DNA of 7,608 bases. Source: a virus. Taxonomy: Duplodnaviria > Heunggongvirae > Uroviricota > Caudoviricetes. Of the stretch, positions 1 to 7,608 are shown one piece after another. The stretch lies in the IMG/VR virus record IMGVR_UViG_2711768006_000008; one strand, given 5' to 3'. A model generated the notes under the pieces. That model ran no database searches. It saw only the letters and a list, made by a program, of their open reading frames with translations, and was not told where the DNA came from. Position 1 is the first letter of the stretch; each line of letters opens with the position of its first letter. The translations under genes were made by a program, and so were the position numbers.

Positions 1-3227
<3,227 letters not shown>

Positions 3228-3240
3228 TCACGCTCCATAA

Positions 3241-3259
3241 ACGACAAAACCGCCCGCAG
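3241..3259. repeat. Left copy of a 19-bp imperfect direct repeat (acgacaaaaccgcccgcag) directly abutting the 375-N block
   Basis: Compared with 3635-3653 (acgataaaaccgcccggag): 17 of 19 positions identical, same orientation, each copy touching an edge of the N run. Confidence 0.8.
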
Positions 3260-3634
3260 NNNNNNNNNNNNNNNNNNNNNNNNNNNNNNNNNNNNNNNNN
3301 NNNNNNNNNNNNNNNNNNNNNNNNNNNNNNNNNNNNNNNNNNNNNNNNNNNNNNNNNNNNNNNNNNNNNNNNNNNNNNNNNNNNNNNNNNNNNNNNNNNN
3401 NNNNNNNNNNNNNNNNNNNNNNNNNNNNNNNNNNNNNNNNNNNNNNNNNNNNNNNNNNNNNNNNNNNNNNNNNNNNNNNNNNNNNNNNNNNNNNNNNNNN
3501 NNNNNNNNNNNNNNNNNNNNNNNNNNNNNNNNNNNNNNNNNNNNNNNNNNNNNNNNNNNNNNNNNNNNNNNNNNNNNNNNNNNNNNNNNNNNNNNNNNNN
3601 NNNNNNNNNNNNNNNNNNNNNNNNNNNNNNNNNN
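3260..3634. other. Run of 375 N in the I-J intergenic region (content unknown)
   Basis: Direct observation. The track ORFs 3170..3679(-), 3198..3641(+) and 3217..3672(-) are almost entirely X and are artefacts of this run. Confidence 0.95.
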
Positions 3635-3653
3635 ACGATAAAACCGCCCGGAG
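3635..3653. repeat. Right copy of the 19-bp imperfect direct repeat (acgataaaaccgcccggag) directly abutting the 375-N block
   Basis: See the left copy at 3241-3259. Confidence 0.8.
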
Positions 3654-3662
3654 GCGATTTCA
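3640..3662 (-). terminator. Short GC stem-loop followed by a T-run just downstream of the I stop codon (weak terminator-like or RNA-structure element)
   Basis: The minus strand reads GAAATCGCCTCCGGGCGGTTTTATCGT: a 4-bp GC stem (CGCC/GGCG) around a 4-nt loop, followed by TTTT. The stem is short, so terminator function is uncertain. The left flank of the N run (3241-3259) carries the 3' half of a similar element (CTGCGGGCGGTTTTGTCG on the minus strand). Confidence 0.3.
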
Positions 3663-3678
3663 CATAAAACATTTTGCA

Positions 3679-4350
3679 TCAGCGACCAATCACCACAACC
3701 TGACCACCGTCCCCTTCGTCTGCCGTGCTGATCTCCTGAGAAACCACCCGTGACCCCACACGCATTTCACCGTACAGAACAGGCAGAACATTGCCCTGAG
3801 CAACCATGTTATCCAGTGAGGAGAAATAGGTGTTCTGTTTGCCGTTATCCGTTGTCTGTGTGCGGGGAGTTCTGGCTTTCGGTGCCAGCATCTGAGCCAC
3901 ACCGCCGAGCACCATACTGGCACCGAGAGAAAACAGAATGCCGGTCATACCACCGGCACCAATGGCAGCCCCCCATGCTGCAAGGGTGGCTCCGGCGGTA
4001 AAGAATGATCCGGCAATGGCGGCTGCTCCCAGGACAATCTGGAATACACCACCTGACTTGGCCCCGGCGACTCTGGGAACAATATGAATCACAGCGCCGT
4101 CAGGCAGAGCCTCATGTAACTGTGCCGTTAATCCGGACGTGCTAACATCCTGCCCGGCAATACGCACCTGATACCAGCCGTCGCTCAGCTTCTGACGAAA
4201 CGCAGGGAGCTGTGTGGCCATCGCCCGGATGGCTTCGGCACCCGTTTTCACACGAAGGTCGATGCGGCGGCCAAATCGTTGCAAATCCCCGTAAAGGCAG
4301 ATGCGTGCCATGCCCGGTGACGCCAGAGGGAGTGTGTGCGTCGCTGCCAT
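3679..4350 (-). CDS. I: Tail assembly protein I (223 aa)
   Basis: Complete ORF, MAATHTLPLASPGMARICLYGDLQRFGRRIDLRVKTGAEAIRAMATQLPAF…GGQVVVIGR, near-identical to lambda gpI as I recall it; same length as lambda gpI. RBS-like GAGAGAGG about 12 nt upstream of the ATG. Gly/Ala-rich hydrophobic segment (GGVFQIVLGAAAIAGSFFTAGATLAAWGAAIGAGGMTGILFSLGASMVLGG). Its 5' end overlaps the 3' end of K by 103 nt. Confidence 0.92.
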   Translation of the reverse strand: MAATHTLPLASPGMARICLYGDLQRFGRRIDLRVKTGAEAIRAMATQLPAFRQKLSDGWYQVRIAGQDVSTSGLTAQLHEALPDGAVIHIVPRVAGAKSGGVFQIVLGAAAIAGSFFTAGATLAAWGAAIGAGGMTGILFSLGASMVLGGVAQMLAPKARTPRTQTTDNGKQNTYFSSLDNMVAQGNVLPVLYGEMRVGSRVVSQEISTADEGDGGQVVVIGR

Positions 4351-4991
4351 TTGTCGGTATACCTCTCTCGTTTGCTCAGTTGTTCAGGAATATGGTGCAG
4401 CAGCTCGCCGTCACCACAGTAAATGGCGGCATGATTCGGCACCGATGAACCAAAACAGCACAGCAGCACATCGCCCGGCTGCGCCGCTGACAACGGCACC
4501 TGATACAGCCCTGTGGCCTCCAGATTATCCAGATAGAGATTCTGACCGTGACGCCACCAGTCATCCTCACGATGAAAATCCGGCATCTCAATCCCCGCCA
4601 GATGGTAAGCATCCCGGAACAGCGTGTAACAGTCCGTCACCCCGTGCTCAAAGCGCCGCCCGGTAAGATGTGGCACACAGCGGAACTTGTGAATCGCCCC
4701 CCGGCAGACCAGCCACCACGGCAAATCACTCTGCACCTGCAGCCGCCGGTCGGCCTCACTCAGCCAGGGCAGACCACCGGGGTGGCTGTGGACCAGTGCC
4801 ACAATCTCACCCTGCATCTCTGCCTGCAGCCAGTCTTCCGGCGACATACGGAAATACGCCTCCGGCTCACCGGAGATATTCACGCAGGGGAAATATCTTT
4901 CCCCCTCCGGCGTTCTTACCACGAAGCCGCACGACTCCGCTGGAGCACATCGCCGGGCGTGCGCCAGAATCGCTGATTCTGTCTCTGTCAT
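4248..4991 (-). CDS. K: Tail assembly protein K, longest form 247 aa (the classical lambda annotation starts at the internal ATG at 4845-4847, giving 199 aa, 4248..4847); JAB/MPN-type metalloprotease motif plus NlpC/P60-like Cys/His region
   Basis: ORF MTETESAILAHARRCAPAESCGFVV…; JAMM-like motif H68-S-H70-x7-S78-x2-D81 (VHSHPGGLPWLSEADRR, nt 4749-4790); candidate NlpC/P60 catalytic Cys in GVTDCYTLF and His in NHAAIYCGDGELLHH. The long start lies 5 nt after the L stop and has no obvious Shine-Dalgarno sequence. The internal start has GGAGG about 11 nt upstream. Confidence 0.88.
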   Translation of the reverse strand: MTETESAILAHARRCAPAESCGFVVRTPEGERYFPCVNISGEPEAYFRMSPEDWLQAEMQGEIVALVHSHPGGLPWLSEADRRLQVQSDLPWWLVCRGAIHKFRCVPHLTGRRFEHGVTDCYTLFRDAYHLAGIEMPDFHREDDWWRHGQNLYLDNLEATGLYQVPLSAAQPGDVLLCCFGSSVPNHAAIYCGDGELLHHIPEQLSKRERYTDKWQRRTHSLWRHRAWHASAFTGICNDLAAASTFV

Positions 4992-4996
4992 GGGAT

Positions 4997-5695
4997 TTAC
5001 TGCGAAAGTTTGTTAATGGAAAGGAAGCCGCCAAAGTTGCCGACGTTATTGCGAAACTTACAGCCACTCAGGCATTTGCTGCATTTATCCTTCGTGATGT
5101 CGGACGTTGGCTGGTCATATTCATCCGCGACCGCCGGACCGTGATAACCGCACTCATCGCCGCGATAGGTCCAGGTGCAGGTGTTGGCCAGCATGATACG
5201 TCCCGGAAAAACAGCGCCATCTGTTTCCGTCGGCGTGGACAGTACAAAAGAGGCACTCACCGCGCTCAGTTCGCTGCACTGCTCAATGCGCCAGCGGCTG
5301 ATCACCTCCTGCTCCGGATCGGCGTCACTGTTTCCGTTGACGAAGTTCACCGCATCCAGAAAACGGGCGTAAACCTTACGCCGGACCACCGTTCCGCCGA
5401 CCAGACTCTGTAGATCTTCCGCCATCCCGGTGACCATACCGTACAGGTTAGAAACCATCAGCGTGGGGCGCGTACTGGTGCCTTTGCCATTCAGTTCAAA
5501 ACCACTCCCCTGAATGGGATACGGCTGATACTGTCGCCCCTGCCAGGTGACCGGCTCACCTTTTTCGTTCTGCTCATTACAGAAAAAATAACGTTCTCCA
5601 CCGACCTCTGTCAGATCGATTTCCCAGAGCACCACGCTGGCCGACTGCTCCGCACGGGTGCATTCATTCAGTGTTTCCTGTCGGATATCCTGCAT
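4997..5695 (-). CDS. L: Tail tip protein L (232 aa)
   Basis: Complete ORF MQDIRQETLNECTRAEQSASVVLWEIDLTEVGGERYFFCNEQ… matching lambda gpL as I recall it. C-terminal cysteine cluster (ANTCTWTYRGDECGYHG … KDKCSKCLSGCKF), consistent with the metal / Fe-S site reported for gpL. The start codon shares one base with the M stop (TGATG). GGTGG lies about 7 nt upstream. Confidence 0.92.
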   Translation of the reverse strand: MQDIRQETLNECTRAEQSASVVLWEIDLTEVGGERYFFCNEQNEKGEPVTWQGRQYQPYPIQGSGFELNGKGTSTRPTLMVSNLYGMVTGMAEDLQSLVGGTVVRRKVYARFLDAVNFVNGNSDADPEQEVISRWRIEQCSELSAVSASFVLSTPTETDGAVFPGRIMLANTCTWTYRGDECGYHGPAVADEYDQPTSDITKDKCSKCLSGCKFRNNVGNFGGFLSINKLSQ

Positions 5696-6024
5696 CAGTT
5701 CACCACCTGTTCAAACTCTGCGCTGAACTCAACACGCAGCATACTGACCCGCGACGACCATTTTGCGCAGGTCACCTTTATCTGCCGGTAGCCATAAGGC
5801 GGCGTCCACAGAAAGGCCTTCCAGCCCCCGTGCTCAGCCAGAAACGACTCCAGCGCCGCGGCCTCCCAACGGGGAACAGAAAGCGTCACGCTGTACGTTT
5901 TCAGGTCAGTGTTCAGCCCGGCAGGCGCTCGCTGGGAATAGCCATCACCAAAGCGCACCTTTCTTACAGAAGGGGCCGAAGCCACATCCATACCGGGTTT
6001 CACTTTCCAGCGGAAGGTTTTCAT
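5695..6024 (-). CDS. M: Tail tip protein M (109 aa)
   Basis: Complete ORF MKTFRWKVKPGMDVASAPSVRKVRFGDGYSQRAPAGLNTDLKTYSVTLSVPRWEAAALESFLAEHGGWKAF… matching lambda gpM; GGAGG 6 nt upstream of the ATG; start overlaps the H stop (ATGA). Confidence 0.92.
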   Translation of the reverse strand: MKTFRWKVKPGMDVASAPSVRKVRFGDGYSQRAPAGLNTDLKTYSVTLSVPRWEAAALESFLAEHGGWKAFLWTPPYGYRQIKVTCAKWSSRVSMLRVEFSAEFEQVVN

Positions 6025-7608
6025 CGTCCACCTCCGGAGAACAGGCCACCATCACGCATCTGTGTCTGAATTTCATCACGGGCACCCTTGCGGGCCATGT
6101 CATACACGGCCTTCATCATCTGTGGACCTGGCAGACCATTCGTACCGTCGTTCTGAATCACCACGTGATTGTTCTGATTAAAATTAATGCCTTCAGCCCG
6201 CCGCATCTGCGCCGGACTTCCGGCACCGCCCACATAACCACCTTCCGCATAGCCGCGCATCAGCCGGTAGAGATTCCCCACGCCAATCCGGCTGGTTGCC
6301 TCCTTCGTGAAGACAAATTCACCACGGTGAACAATCCCCGCTGGCTCATATTTGCCGCCGGTTCCCGTAAATCCCCCGGTTGCAAAATGGAATTTCACCG
6401 CAGCGGCCTGAATGGCTGTACCACCTGACGCGGATGCGCCGCCACCAACAGCCCCGCCAATGGCGCTGCCGATACTCCCGACAATCCCCACCATTGCCTG
6501 CTTAAGCAGAATTTCTGTCATCATGGACAGCACGGAGCGGGTGAAGCTGCGCCAGTTCTGTTCACTGCCGGTCAGCATCGCCGCCATATTCTGTGCAATA
6601 CCATCAAAGGTCTGCGTGGCTGCACTTTTAACCTGTGACATACTGTCCGTGGCGCTCTCTTCCCACTCACTCCAGCCGGACTTCAGGCCTGCCATCCAGC
6701 TCCCGCGAAGCTGGTCTTCAGCCGCCCAGGTCTTTTTCTGCTCTGACATGACGTTATTCAGCGCCAGAGGATTATCGCCATACTGTTCCTTCAGGCGCTG
6801 TTCCGTGGCTTCCCGCGCTGCCTGCCGGTCAGTCAGCCCCCGGTTTTTCGCATCAATGGCTGCCCGTTTTGCCCGTTGCTGCTGTGCGAATTTATCCGCC
6901 TGCTGCGCCAGCGCATTCAGGTGCTCCTGATACGTAACCTTGTCACCAAGTGCAGCCAGCTGGCGTTTGTACTCCAGCGTCTCGTCTTTATGCGCCAGCA
7001 GGGATTTCTCCTGTGCGGACAGCTGGCGACGTTGTGCCGCCTCCTCCAGTACCGCGAACTGACTTTCTGCCTTCCACAAATCCCGGCGCTGCTGGCTGAT
7101 TTTCTCATTCGCTCCGGCATGCTTCTCCAGCGTCCGGAGTTCTGCCTGAAGCGTCAGCAGGGCCGCATGAGCACTGTCTTCCTGACGATCGCCCGCATAC
7201 ACCTTCACGCCGGACTGTTTCGGCTTTTTCAGCGTCGCTTCATAATCCTTTTTCGCCGCCGCCATCAGCGTGTTGTAATCCGCCTGCAGGATTTTCCCGT
7301 CTTTCAGTGCCTTGTTCAGTTCTTCCTGACGGGCGGTATATTTCTCCAGCGGCGTCTGCAGCCGTTCGTAAGCCTTCTGCGCCTCTTCGGTATATTTCAG
7401 CCGTGACGCTTCGGTATCGCTCTGCTGCTGCGCATTTTTGTCCTGTTGACGCTGTTGATCTACCCTCTTTTGGGCTGCATCCCGCTCCAGGCGTTTTTTT
7501 TCACGATCATCCCAGTAACGCGCCCGTGCTTCATCGTTAACGAAATAATCATCCTTGCGCAGATTCCAGATGTCGTCTGCTTTCTTAAACGCAGCCTCTG
7601 CCTTAATC
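6021..7608 (-). CDS. H: Tail tape-measure protein H, 5'-partial (C-terminal ~530 codons; N-terminus beyond the window end)
   Basis: The track ORF 6021..7265 starts at an internal Met (MAAAKKDYEATLKKPKQSGVKVYAGDRQ…). I hand-translated the same frame upstream of 7265 and it stays open to the window edge (…IKAEAAFKKADDIWNLRKDDYFVNDEARARYWDDREKKRLERDAAQKRVDQQRQQDKNAQQQSDTEASRLKYTEEAQKAYERLQTPLEKYTARQEELNKALKDGKILQADYNTLMAAAKK…). This matches the lambda gpH C-terminal half from memory. Q/A/K/E-rich predicted helical region followed by a Gly-rich hydrophobic segment (MVGIVGSIGSAIGGAVGGGASASGG). Confidence 0.9.
   Translation of the reverse strand, partial: IKAEAAFKKADDIWNLRKDDYFVNDEARARYWDDREKKRLERDAAQKRVDQQRQQDKNAQQQSDTEASRLKYTEEAQKAYERLQTPLEKYTARQEELNKALKDGKILQADYNTLMAAAKKDYEATLKKPKQSGVKVYAGDRQEDSAHAALLTLQAELRTLEKHAGANEKISQQRRDLWKAESQFAVLEEAAQRRQLSAQEKSLLAHKDETLEYKRQLAALGDKVTYQEHLNALAQQADKFAQQQRAKRAAIDAKNRGLTDRQAAREATEQRLKEQYGDNPLALNNVMSEQKKTWAAEDQLRGSWMAGLKSGWSEWEESATDSMSQVKSAATQTFDGIAQNMAAMLTGSEQNWRSFTRSVLSMMTEILLKQAMVGIVGSIGSAIGGAVGGGASASGGTAIQAAAVKFHFATGGFTGTGGKYEPAGIVHRGEFVFTKEATSRIGVGNLYRLMRGYAEGGYVGGAGSPAQMRRAEGINFNQNNHVVIQNDGTNGLPGPQMMKAVYDMARKGARDEIQTQMRDGGLFSGGGR

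Noticed and set aside
3690-4612. Minus- and plus-strand short ORFs nested in I and K (3690..3923-, 3750..4001+, 4376..4612-)
   Set aside because: Alternative frames inside well-supported genes; Cys/Trp/Arg-rich, with no independent support.
4867-5256. Short minus-strand ORFs 4867..5067 and 5068..5256
   Set aside because: Out-of-frame ORFs inside K and L on the same strand; no RBS and no recognisable features.
4212-5413. Plus-strand ORFs 4212..4448, 4301..4666, 4548..4976, 4670..5413, 5175..5372
   Set aside because: Antisense to I, K and L; no start-site context; compositions typical of reverse-frame translation of GC-rich genes.
5671-7540. Plus-strand ORFs 5671..6069, 5763..6428, 6412..6930, 6876..7406, 7307..7540
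   Set aside because: Antisense to M and H; the Cys/Arg/Leu-rich products look like reverse-frame noise.

Overview
This window is the distal tail-assembly module of a lambda-like (lambdoid) siphovirus or prophage, with every gene on the minus strand. Reading right to left it carries the C-terminal ~530 codons of the tape-measure protein H (5' end off the right edge), then M, L, K, I and at least 1074 codons of the central tail fibre / host-specificity protein J (3' end off the left edge). The genes are packed as in phage lambda: H/M share ATGA, M/L share TGATG, and K and I overlap by 103 nt in different frames. Two N runs interrupt the sequence: 18 nt inside J (776-793) and 375 nt in the I-J intergenic region (3260-3634). 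All plus-strand ORFs in the track are antisense shadows of these genes, and the X-containing ORFs are artefacts of the N run. I see no clear evidence of a novel system in the readable sequence. The places worth a second look are the masked I-J block, which is bordered by a 19-bp imperfect direct repeat, and the distal part of J, which diverges from what I recall of lambda J. Lambda comparisons are from memory, not a database search.
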